This document shows, one piece after another, positions 49,542-58,710 of a stretch of 64,000 nt of DNA; the first letter of the stretch is position 1, and each line of letters begins with the position of its first letter. This stretch comes from an uncultured Thermoplasmata archaeon (GTDB lineage Archaea > Thermoplasmatota > Thermoplasmata > RBG-16-68-12). Under the pieces are notes generated by a model. The model saw nothing but the letters and a program-made list of their open reading frames with translations, was not told where the DNA came from and did no database searches. The stretch lies in assembly GCA_963768855.1 (NCBI GenBank), contig CAVYJM010000006.1, positions 352,001 to 416,000 on the forward strand, in the 5' to 3' direction. Position numbers and translations under genes: made by a program.

Positions 49542-50549
49542 ATGCCCTGCGCTCTCTTGGGGGATCGAGCCTCCGGTAAAACGACCTTCTTGGGCCTCCT
49601 GTATTCCGCTCAGGTGAAGTACGGTACGGGCGTGCATGATGACTTCCGTTTCCATGCGCCCATGGCCTCCCTGAACGTCATGTCGGCCGTCTACGAAGGG
49701 ATGAAGGACGCTCGCTTCCCGAGCGCCACCCTGAAGGAAGAAATCACGGAGCTCAGCTTCATCTTCGGTTACCTGCGGAAGGTCCAAGGCAAGCTCCCGT
49801 ACTACATCCGCCAGCAGAACTGGGCGAAACCCTTCTCCACCCTGAGATTCTCCGCCTACGACGTGTCCGGCGAAGACATCGAGGAGTTCATCGAGAGCGG
49901 CATCGCGTCGCGTCCCCTCATCCAACAGCTTCTGAAGAGCGTGGTCGTGGTCGTGCTCGTGGACTGCAGCAAGATGACGACGGACATCGACACGCCTCCG
50001 TACAAGAAGATGCTGCGGTACGACAGCACGGTCGCCAAGCTGCTCGTGGCCTTCCAGACGTACAAGAAGCAGGAGTATGACCGGCTCAAGGACTCCGGTG
50101 TCAACCCGGAACCGCCGATGATCTACCCCGCCTTCGTCCTCTCCAAGTTCGACACCCTCCGCGACGACGTGCTCGCGCGGCTGGGCTTGCACCAGGGCTT
50201 CCCCGAGGACAAGCGCGCCCGGAAAGAATACGCCGAGGCCCTGCTCCGGGTCTTCGTCCCCCAGACCCTCTCTCAGATCCGCGGCGGAAAGGTCGCGGGC
50301 GTGAGCATGGACAAGGCCGCGTACTTCCTCAGCTGGGTCCGCACGGAGACCCAGGAGGGCATGGAGCCCGTCGGCCAGCCGCGGATCGTGCGGACCGGAT
50401 TCCGGCCCGAGGGCGGCGGGGAGCCCGACTTCTCGTACGACGAGTACGTGAACTTCATCGAGCACTTCCGCCACATCGCGAACAAGATCCCCGATGAGAT
50501 CCTCGAAGCGGAGAAGTTCCAGGCCCAGTCCCTCATCCGACCGAACTAG
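49542..50549 (+). CDS. TRAFAC-class GTPase paralog 2
   Basis: G1 GDRASGKTT, FPSAT, G3 DVSGE, VDCSK, G4 SKFD; TATA tttaagta at 49511-49518. Confidence 0.85.
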   Translation: MPCALLGDRASGKTTFLGLLYSAQVKYGTGVHDDFRFHAPMASLNVMSAVYEGMKDARFPSATLKEEITELSFIFGYLRKVQGKLPYYIRQQNWAKPFSTLRFSAYDVSGEDIEEFIESGIASRPLIQQLLKSVVVVVLVDCSKMTTDIDTPPYKKMLRYDSTVAKLLVAFQTYKKQEYDRLKDSGVNPEPPMIYPAFVLSKFDTLRDDVLARLGLHQGFPEDKRARKEYAEALLRVFVPQTLSQIRGGKVAGVSMDKAAYFLSWVRTETQEGMEPVGQPRIVRTGFRPEGGGEPDFSYDEYVNFIEHFRHIANKIPDEILEAEKFQAQSLIRPN

Positions 50550-50555
50550 GGGGCA

Positions 50556-51421
50556 GTGCCGCGGCGCCCACGAAGCCCTCCGCATCGTCCACTACCGGGG
50601 ACGTCGCCCAATTCGACCATTGGATCTATGCGGTCGTTCCGAACGTTGGCTACACCACGAAAGCCCTCTCCCGAGGGTTCGATGCCGGCCTGTTCGACCC
50701 TTACCTCCGCGGGCATTACACCCCGATCCGCGCGGCTGCCGCCCAGGACATCGACGGCGAGGTCGACCTGCGGATGATCCACCCCATCCGGACCGGGCGG
50801 GAGGTCCTCCTGTCGCGCATCACGCGAGGCATCCCGGACGAGGCAGGCCGGCCGACGTTCACGAACCACACGGTCGTCGCACGTGTGGATCTCCTTCGGT
50901 CCGGTCGGGTTACCCTGGAAAGGACCTTCCGGGCGATCTCCGAGTTCGACGCGAAATCCTCCGGCGCCCAGGGGGAAGTCGACCTGCTGAGGGTTCCCAT
51001 GCGGCCCGAAGACGAAGGTCCGCCGCGCTATGGGGAGGGGATCCACAAGCATCTCACCTTCGCGGCCCTCGAGACCCTCGCGACCCGAGTCATGAAGGAC
51101 GCGACGAGCCGGACCCTCCTCCTGTGCCGCAACTCCACGGCCGAGGCCCGGAACGCGACCCTCATCCTGATCGTCGAGCTCCTGGCATGGAAGTGTGGGC
51201 TCCCTCTCTTCACCGCGATCAGCGACCCGCCCAGGGCGTCCGCGCTGAACCACTTCAACCTCGTGATCGCGCAACGAGGCGTCCGCGCGGATTCCAGCTG
51301 GGCCATCCTTGAAAGCGCCCTCACGGAACACGTTCTCCCCCGCGTGCCGGACCGCGAGGAAGTCTACCGGGCGCTGAGCGCGGCCGTTCGTCAATCGGCC
51401 GACGGCGGGCGCGCCGAGTAG
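50556..51421 (+). CDS. GTPase-associated protein with GAP1-N-like N-terminal domain (start probably masked by a 1-bp deletion near 50558)
   Basis: The frame of ORF 50774 stays open upstream: QFDHWIYAVVPNVGYTTKALSRG..MIHP..DEAGRPTFTNHTVV; the GTG at 50556 is out of frame with it. Confidence 0.6.
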
Positions 51422-52764
51422 ACGCGTACTGCGCCCGGCCGGATCTCTCGAGTCACCGTCCAACGGCGGCCGATCGTCCAGGTACCGTCGTGGGAGGCGC
51501 GGTCGGCATGATGGGGGTCGATGTGATCGAGTTCCGCCTCCAGGTAGTCGCTGTCCGTGTCCACCTCCGGGATCCAGGTGCCCTGAGACAGGACTTCGAC
51601 CAGTAGCGGCAAGCCGCTGGGTCTCCCCTTCCAACGGACGGCCAGGAAAGCCTTCCTTGCGGAGGCATCCGAGATCAGGAGATCCCTCAAGGCGAGATAG
51701 GATTCCCGCTCCCGGTGGTTCTCGGCCGGGGGCGCGTCGAGTCGTGCCTTGCGCTTCTCGAGGGCCTTGAGGAGCTTGAGCCACTCCTTGTCCGTCATCC
51801 CCTGTCGTTCCCAGGGCGAGGGGGGAGCCGCTTCGCTCGAGTCGTCGCGCGCGGCACTGGATTCCCGTGCCCGGCTGACGGCACTCTGAATCAGATCGTA
51901 CGTCGACGGCTCCTCGGTGTTCTTCGCAGGCACGACCCGGATGATCACGGCGTTCATCCCCGGATGGAACCGCGGATCAACGACGGTGAGGGTGCGGTTG
52001 TTCTCCGGGTGGAAGAGCTCCGCCAGGGTGTTGTTCACCTCCGCCGAACCGTTGCGCTTGGCGACGTCGCTCAGATGCTCGAGCGGCACAGACGTGTCGC
52101 CGTTGCGAGGGTTCGCCGCGAGGTCATCCAGATAGGCCTGGGCCACCTGCTGGGTCAGGCGGGGTCGTTTGGATCCCAGCGCGAATTGGACGACGCTCTT
52201 CACGTTCTTCGAGCCGCGGAACATGCCGCCGAAGCCCGCGCGGAGGACGGCGGTTGTGCCGCTCGCGTTCACGCACTCGTTGATCAGGTCCACCAACCGC
52301 GTGGACAGCCTCCGACGCAGCCGGCCTCCGGGCGCCCTCGACGCGTAGAAGATACCGCCCCAGCGGAGCGGTGTGTCCTCCGCCCAATCCGGGTCCGCGG
52401 CGCTCTTGCGATACCAGGCCAAGGTCTTGTCGGAAAGGATGGCCCCGACGAGCAGCGGGTCCTCCGTTTCGGCCCGGACGCGAGGCAGCAGCGCCTCGGC
52501 GGTTCGCACGGCCTCCCGTAGGAGTTGCTTGTCCTGGCGAGCCTCCTTCACCAGGGCGTGCGTATCGATCGAGTTGACGGCTTCGAGATCGAACCCTTCC
52601 TCGGGGGTCATCCGGAGGAAGGCCTTGAGTTCGCTGGTTCCCGTGACGGTGGCCCGTCGAACGATCTCGTTCCCTGTCAGGCCGCTAGCCTCCTGCTTGG
52701 CTGCCTCGTGCGGAGGTACCAAGGCGAGGAGGACCGCTGATGCCACCGGCGTGATGCCCCCCAT
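51391..52764 (-). CDS. Hypothetical ~457-aa soluble protein, no family recognised
   Basis: Long open frame with protein-like composition; 3' end overlaps the GAP1-like gene; start uncertain. Confidence 0.6.
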   Translation of the reverse strand: MGGITPVASAVLLALVPPHEAAKQEASGLTGNEIVRRATVTGTSELKAFLRMTPEEGFDLEAVNSIDTHALVKEARQDKQLLREAVRTAEALLPRVRAETEDPLLVGAILSDKTLAWYRKSAADPDWAEDTPLRWGGIFYASRAPGGRLRRRLSTRLVDLINECVNASGTTAVLRAGFGGMFRGSKNVKSVVQFALGSKRPRLTQQVAQAYLDDLAANPRNGDTSVPLEHLSDVAKRNGSAEVNNTLAELFHPENNRTLTVVDPRFHPGMNAVIIRVVPAKNTEEPSTYDLIQSAVSRARESSAARDDSSEAAPPSPWERQGMTDKEWLKLLKALEKRKARLDAPPAENHRERESYLALRDLLISDASARKAFLAVRWKGRPSGLPLLVEVLSQGTWIPEVDTDSDYLEAELDHIDPHHADRASHDGTWTIGRRWTVTREIRPGAVRVYSARPPSAD

Positions 52765-53029
52765 TGCGGTGCGGCGGAGTGCAGTGGGCGTCAATAAGCC
52801 TGCGGCGCCCTTTATCGTTAGTGATAGGCGGCGCGCACCTCGTTCTTGAAGCTGTTGTGTTCCGGCCACTGAGATCGGGGACGATGGGCGGAACGGCTTC
52901 GGTCGGTCCGAACTCGGGATGTCTTCGCCCCGGGGATAGCAGTCTCCGAGCACCGGGCCTCGTGGTACTCTCTTGACGGAGTCGCATCGGGTGCAAGGGA
53001 GACCGGGGTCAGAGTCCGTACCCGCTCTC

Positions 53030-53138
53030 CATGAATTCCCGCAGCCAGGATCACCGTCACGACGTCGCTGGCAGCGAGCCTCCGGGACGTGGTGCGGCCC
53101 ATGTTGCCCGTGGCACCCAGGACGAGGGTCTTCGTGAG
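53030..53138 (-). pseudogene. Remnant Rossmann N-terminus (saccharopine dehydrogenase-like)
   Basis: KTLVLGATGNMGRTTSRRLAASDVVTVILA, then loses protein-like character. Confidence 0.45.
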
Positions 53139-53230
53139 CAGCCTTGCGGGGCTCCCCTCAACCCCACCCACGCTGCCCGCCTCAAACGCTATTACAAACC
53201 CCTGTGATTCTAAGCCGAAGGGGAGTCGCC

Positions 53231-53668
53231 ATGGTCCGATTCACGGCCGAGGTCGTCATCGCCCGCCCGGTTGAGGCTGTCTTCTCCTTCGTGGTCCGCG
53301 CGGAGAATGGATCGAAGTGGAATTCAGCCGTTCGCGAGGTGAGGAAAACGTCGGAAGGCCCGGTGGGGGTCGGAACGGAATACTCGATGTCCCGACACCT
53401 TCCACAGGGTCGTGTGGAGAACACCCTGCAAGTCGTGGAATTCGAGTCCAACGAGAGGTACGCGATTCGGGTCACCTCGGGGCCGACGCCGTTCTTCTAC
53501 CGATACACGTTCGAACCGCTCGGGGACCGGACGCGGATGTCCCTCTCTGCTGAAGGAGCATTGGGAGGCGCTGCAGATCTGCTTTCGCCGATTGCATCAA
53601 TCGCAGTCAAGAGAGGGGTTCAGGCCAATTTCCAGACGCTAAAGACCCTTCTGGAGTCGGGACTCTGA
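53231..53668 (+). CDS. SRPBCC family protein
   Basis: VVIARPVEAVFSF..KWNS, GPVGVGT; ATG 53231. Confidence 0.82.
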   Translation: MVRFTAEVVIARPVEAVFSFVVRAENGSKWNSAVREVRKTSEGPVGVGTEYSMSRHLPQGRVENTLQVVEFESNERYAIRVTSGPTPFFYRYTFEPLGDRTRMSLSAEGALGGAADLLSPIASIAVKRGVQANFQTLKTLLESGL

Positions 53669-53727
53669 GGACATACTGGACCACCGCATGAGGCGTCGGC
53701 AGGGCGCGGCCAGCCGAGAGGCGCCGC

Positions 53728-54765
53728 TCAAGTCCCCTCGTCGCCGGTTTCGTTCACGAGGACGATACGGTACCGCGCCTGGTTCTCCTTCAGCCTCTGG
53801 ATGGCCTCGTTGACCTGGGCCATGGGCATCAATTCCACCCGGGGTTTGACGTGCTTGGTCTGCGCGACCGAGAGCATCTCCCGCATCGTCGCCCGGTTGC
53901 CCAGGAAGGAGCCCGTGATGGAATACTGGTGCACGACGAGCTCCTGCGCGTCGAACGTCACGTTGGCGGCAGGGAAACCGATCACGACGAGGCGGCCGTT
54001 GTTCCGGAGCGTGTAGAGCACGCGGGTCCAATCGGGAACGCCGTGGGAGGTGTACAGGATGAGATCGAGGCTGAGGACCATCTTCTTCAGCCCCGCCACG
54101 TCGCCTACCATGAGGAAGTGGTCCGCCCCGAAGGCGTGCGCCTGTTCCTCCTTGTCGGGCGAGGACGAGAGGACGGTGACCTCGCAGCCGAGGGCGTGGG
54201 CGAACTGGATCGCGAGATGGCCGAGACCGCCCACCCCCAGGACCCCGACCTTGGTGGAGGGTCCCGCCCGATATGCCCGTAGCGGCGAGTAGGTCGTGAG
54301 CCCGGCACACAGGAGTACCGCGGCGTCCTCGGAGGGCATCCCCTCGGGGAGCGGGAAGGCGAACCGCTCGTCGACCGCGACGGACGAGGCGAAGCCGCCG
54401 TAGGGAGTCCACATGCCGTTGTCCTCGACCTCCTTGCAGAGGTGGTCATCCCCGCGGAGGCAGTCCTCGCACCGACCGCAGGACCGGGCCTGCCATCCGA
54501 TGCCCACCCGGGCCCCTTCCCTGTGCTCGGTGACCCCGGGGCCGACCTCGGACACGAACCCCACGATCTCATGACCGGGGACGAAGGGATACTTCGTGAT
54601 CCCGTAGTCGTCGTCGATCGCCTGGAGGTCGCTGTAGCAGATGCCGCAATGCGTGACGGCAACGCGTACCTCACGGTCCTTCAGCTTCGGCGGTTCGTAT
54701 GCAAACCTCTCCAGCGTCCGCCCTTTCGCTGGCGCGGCATATCCCCTGATGGTCGACGAAGACAT
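53728..54765 (-). CDS. Zn-dependent alcohol/aldehyde dehydrogenase (cinnamyl-ADH-like MDR)
   Basis: CGICYSD, PGHE, structural CGRCEDC..C, LLCAG, GVGGLGH. Confidence 0.92.
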   Translation of the reverse strand: MSSSTIRGYAAPAKGRTLERFAYEPPKLKDREVRVAVTHCGICYSDLQAIDDDYGITKYPFVPGHEIVGFVSEVGPGVTEHREGARVGIGWQARSCGRCEDCLRGDDHLCKEVEDNGMWTPYGGFASSVAVDERFAFPLPEGMPSEDAAVLLCAGLTTYSPLRAYRAGPSTKVGVLGVGGLGHLAIQFAHALGCEVTVLSSSPDKEEQAHAFGADHFLMVGDVAGLKKMVLSLDLILYTSHGVPDWTRVLYTLRNNGRLVVIGFPAANVTFDAQELVVHQYSITGSFLGNRATMREMLSVAQTKHVKPRVELMPMAQVNEAIQRLKENQARYRIVLVNETGDEGT

Positions 54766-54989
54766 TCGATGTCCCTCCCCCAGACGAGTCGCGACCGTTC
54801 AGCGGGGTACTAGAAGTCGTGAGCGTCAATCTGCCGAACATACCGGCCGCCGGGGTGCCGGAACGGGACGTCGGGCTCTCTCGCGGTGAAGTGTGGGGCC
54901 CAGGATCGCCGTAGCTCTTCCGGAGTCCTGCGCAGGGTGAAATACTACGTACCCACGTACTCGGGAGAACCCCACGAAGGCTCGAACCC

Positions 54990-56030
54990 ATGGCGACCCG
55001 GAAACCCGACAACATGGAGGATGCGCTCGCGGCGGCGCGGGAGATCCTCACCACGCAGGACCAGGACCTGCGTTCCATGCTCTACCGGGACATCCTCCTC
55101 AACGCGCTGAAGTGCAAGCGGGACGACCTCGACATCCTCGACCTCAAGGTGATCAACCGGGCCGTCGCGGAGTTCCGACACGCCGCGCGCGTCTTCAAGC
55201 CGTACCGGGGCGTCCGGAAGGTCTCCATCTTCGGGTCCGCCCGGGAGAAGAAGGGCAGCCCGAACTACGAGGAGGCCGTCCGGTTCGGCCGCTCCCTGGT
55301 CGAGCGAGGCTTCATGGTCATCACGGGCGCCGCGGAAGGCATCATGCGGGCCGGGGTGGAGGGGGCCGGAGCCGAGAACAGCTTCGGCGTGAACATCCTC
55401 CTGCCCTTCGAGAAGGGACCCAACCAAGTCCTCCACGACGATCCCAAGGTGGTCCGGTTCAAGTACTTCTTCGTGCGCAAGGTGTTCTTCGTCATGGAGG
55501 CGGACGCGGTCGCGCTGTTCCCCGGCGGATTCGGGACGCACGACGAGGGGTTCGAGGTGCTGACGCTCCTGCAGACGGGGAAGGCGCCGCCCATGCCCGT
55601 GGTCCTCATGGAGCTCCCCGGGCAGCGCTACTGGGAGAGCTGGGACCGATTCGTCCGGCAGGAGCTCCTGGCCCGCGGTTTCGTCAATCCGGAAGACCTC
55701 ACGTTATATCGGATCGTGCGTTCGTCGGAGGAAGCGACGGACTGGATCGCCTCCTACTACTCCACGTACCACTCCCAGCGCCAGGTCGGGAACCGCCTGG
55801 TCATCCGGCTGGAGAAGGAGCTCTCGGACGGTCAGGTCGCGACGCTGAATGCCACGTTCCGGGACCTCGTGGCCTCGGGCAAGATCTCCAAGACGGCACC
55901 CCTGCGCGAGGAGGCGGACGAACCCGAGCTTCGGTCCAAGCCGCGGATCATGTTCGCGTACGACCGGGGCCGCGCGGGGCGCCTGAACGAGCTGATCCTG
56001 GCGATCAACCGGATGGGCCGCACCATCTGA
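54990..56030 (+). CDS. LOG-family nucleotide monophosphate nucleosidase (long form)
   Basis: VSIFGSAR, ITGAAEGIM, YFFVRK, PGGFGTHDE. Confidence 0.9.
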   Translation: MATRKPDNMEDALAAAREILTTQDQDLRSMLYRDILLNALKCKRDDLDILDLKVINRAVAEFRHAARVFKPYRGVRKVSIFGSAREKKGSPNYEEAVRFGRSLVERGFMVITGAAEGIMRAGVEGAGAENSFGVNILLPFEKGPNQVLHDDPKVVRFKYFFVRKVFFVMEADAVALFPGGFGTHDEGFEVLTLLQTGKAPPMPVVLMELPGQRYWESWDRFVRQELLARGFVNPEDLTLYRIVRSSEEATDWIASYYSTYHSQRQVGNRLVIRLEKELSDGQVATLNATFRDLVASGKISKTAPLREEADEPELRSKPRIMFAYDRGRAGRLNELILAINRMGRTI

Positions 56031-56265
56031 CCTTTCGCTGCTAAGTGTGATCGAACTGATCCCACCCAGGTTTCCACCGGCTTGACCGGACTCCGCCGAT
56101 CCGCGACGGCACCTGGATCCACCGACGGGGATTGATGGCTCTCGGTTCCGGGACCGGCGGAGGACAGTCCGGAGCCCAACCGAAGCGCGCATGAGGCCTT
56201 CGCGGGCTTCCGGCTGCGCCCGTCTGTCGAGGATATTCCCCCTGAGGCCCGATCCGGGTGCTGTC

Positions 56266-57591
56266 TCACCCAGGCGGAGGGGGCGTCGGGGGCCCGGGCG
56301 TCTGAGGCTCGGATTTCTTTCGCCCGCGCCGTCTCAGGAGAAGGATTGCCACCGTGACGCCGGCCGCGATCACCACCGCCGCGATTCCCGCGTAGGCCAC
56401 CGCTCCGAACGACTCCAGCGGGCTCGGGCTCGCCACGGTGATCGGGGCGAGCGTCGTCGTGTTTGTCGCTCCCGTCGCGTCCCGAACTGTCACCGTCGGG
56501 GTGTATGTTCCCGGGTTCTCGTACGCGTGCGCCACGGTCAGTCCCGCGCTCGTGCTTCCATCGCCGAAATCCCAGATGATCGTGTATGGTGCGCCGGCGC
56601 CTCCGGTCGCGGATGTCGTGAAGGTGACGTTGGTCCCCGGTCGGGCGGACGCCGCGGACTCCAGTGCGGTGACCACCAGGAGCGCGATAGTCACGGTCCG
56701 GTTCGCCGATCCGTGCCCCCCGACGGAATCGGTTACCGTGACCGTCGCAGTGAAGTTCCCTGGAGAGGAGTACGCGTGCGACGCCGTCACTCCGGAGGCC
56801 GACGCCCCGTCGCCGAACGTCCATGCGTACGTGTAGCCCCCGGAGCCCCCGGAGGCGGACGCGGAGAACGCCAGGGGCACCCCGGGTGCCGCGGCCGTAC
56901 GGTTCGCGGACGCCGTGACGGACGGCGGAGAGTTGACGGTGACGATCACGGAGTACGTGCCTTGCGAGCCGACTCCATCTGTCGCGGTGACCTCTGCCGG
57001 GTACGATCCCGCCTGGGTGTAGGTGTGTGTCACGGGCGTGCCCGATCCCGTGGCCCCGTCTCCGAACGTCCAGGCGTATGTGTAGGGAGAAGTCCCGCCG
57101 GAAGCCGCGGCGTTGAAGGTCACCGTCATTGGGGCGTCGCCCAAGGTCGCCGAAGCGACAGCAGTCACGGCGGGACCAGGCGTGACGGAGAACGGAGCGG
57201 GGCCAAAGAGGCATGTGTCTCCGACCGTGTCGCTGCTCGCTTTGCCGTACACGCTGATGTAGATTGAACCGCTCCCGGCGCCCGTCGGCAGGGTGACCGC
57301 CTGGGTGAAGTCCCAGGATCCGTAGCCCGGAATGACGGTGCCTCCGAGGTTTGTGCTGCCGGACGACCAGCTGTAGCTGACGTCGAACTCGTACAGGTCG
57401 AGCAGGTCGGAATTGTAGTTGTCGAATGTGTACGTCATCGTGATCTGGCTTCCCGCCTCCCCCCGGGTCGGGGAGTAGTAGATGATCGCGAGGGAACACC
57501 ACAGGCTCTGGGCGGCGACAGGCGGGGCTACGGCCAGGACCGGAAGAGTCAACGAAACGGCAAGCACTAGGGTGACAAGACGGAGCCTCAT
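56266..57591 (-). CDS. Cell-surface protein with three PKD domains and a C-terminal TM anchor
   Basis: Signal peptide after SD GGAGG, three WTFGDG/WDFGDG..HxY..G.Y...VTVTD repeats, TM helix, Pro-rich tail. Confidence 0.88.
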   Translation of the reverse strand: MRLRLVTLVLAVSLTLPVLAVAPPVAAQSLWCSLAIIYYSPTRGEAGSQITMTYTFDNYNSDLLDLYEFDVSYSWSSGSTNLGGTVIPGYGSWDFTQAVTLPTGAGSGSIYISVYGKASSDTVGDTCLFGPAPFSVTPGPAVTAVASATLGDAPMTVTFNAAASGGTSPYTYAWTFGDGATGSGTPVTHTYTQAGSYPAEVTATDGVGSQGTYSVIVTVNSPPSVTASANRTAAAPGVPLAFSASASGGSGGYTYAWTFGDGASASGVTASHAYSSPGNFTATVTVTDSVGGHGSANRTVTIALLVVTALESAASARPGTNVTFTTSATGGAGAPYTIIWDFGDGSTSAGLTVAHAYENPGTYTPTVTVRDATGATNTTTLAPITVASPSPLESFGAVAYAGIAAVVIAAGVTVAILLLRRRGRKKSEPQTPGPPTPPPPG

Positions 57592-57760
57592 CTCCTCCCT
57601 CCGGACTCGTGTACGCGCTTGGCGGGTACATATGCCTTCCCCAAGCCTGCTGTCCTGGAGAAGGCTCCGCGGACCCCGTTGGGCCAAGTCGCGATGTACA
57701 GAACCAGGGCCAAACCCTTAAGCGGGGTCGAAAGGGTCCATTCATCAAGAGGGCTTCCGC

Positions 57761-58699
57761 GTGGCACTGATCAAGTCGGCATCCGAACTGATGGACCAGG
57801 GCCACGACTACCTGCTCCGCGGCGACTTCGCCAGCGCCCTGAACAAGTACAACGACGCGGTGCGGAAGTTCCAGAAGGTCGGCGACATGAACGGCGCGAC
57901 GCAGGCCTTCGCCTACGCCTCGGTCATGAACCTCGCCCAGGCCCCTCGTGATCCCGCGGCTTATCACGCGGCCTCCCAGGCCCTCCGCGCCCTCGGCGAC
58001 ACGCCCATGAAGCTCGGCCTCCGCGAGTCCACGGGCAACGCGCTCGCCCGCGAGGCGGACATCCTCGCCAGCGAGGCGGAATGGATCGGCCTCCAGCCCA
58101 CCTCCGTGGACCAGTACAAGCAAAAGGCCCAGGCCCTCCGCCAGGTGGCCACCGCGATCCGCTCCGAGATCGGCAGCAACATCCTCGTCCTCCCCGAGCT
58201 CCTCAAGCAGGGGTCCATGACGGGCGAGTCCCACGCGCTCGCCCTCGCGGCCCAGTCCGAGGAGGCCATGGCGGAATCCCTGCTGTCGACGGACCCCAAG
58301 GCCGCCGCGGAGCACTACCAGACCGCGCGGCTGTGGTGGTCCCAGGCCGGGGACGCCGGCCAGGCGGACGCGGCCCTCGCCCGCGTGAACATGTACGGCA
58401 AGTCCGCCAAGTGCTGGTTCTGCGGCCGCGAAGTCGCCGGCGAGAACATCCACTTCGTCCCCATGACCAGCGACCTCACGGACCTCGTCAAGGCGGCGGA
58501 CAAGGACAGCCCGCTCCCCTCCTTCGACCCGGCGTCCGGCAACGTCTACGCGTGCAAGGGATGCCACGGGGCCGTCTACCATCTCGCCGACGATCTCGCG
58601 GTGAAGCGAACCGCCGAGCTCGATGCGAAGATCCAACCCCAGATCCAGGACCTGAAGAACCAGATCCAGGCGATCAAGAATCGCGTGAACATGATGTGA
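57761..58699 (+). CDS. Helical-repeat (TPR/SNAP-like) protein with a Zn finger and C-terminal coiled coil
   Basis: Ala-rich helical repeats, CWFC...CKGC, IQDLKNQIQAIKNRV. Confidence 0.75.
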   Translation: MALIKSASELMDQGHDYLLRGDFASALNKYNDAVRKFQKVGDMNGATQAFAYASVMNLAQAPRDPAAYHAASQALRALGDTPMKLGLRESTGNALAREADILASEAEWIGLQPTSVDQYKQKAQALRQVATAIRSEIGSNILVLPELLKQGSMTGESHALALAAQSEEAMAESLLSTDPKAAAEHYQTARLWWSQAGDAGQADAALARVNMYGKSAKCWFCGREVAGENIHFVPMTSDLTDLVKAADKDSPLPSFDPASGNVYACKGCHGAVYHLADDLAVKRTAELDAKIQPQIQDLKNQIQAIKNRVNMM

Positions 58700-58710
58700 G
58701 GTCGAAGACC

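Noticed and set aside
56266-57591. Repeated GACGCC/GTGACC-type segments as a DNA repeat element
   Set aside because: Explained by the three PKD domain repeats of the encoded surface protein.
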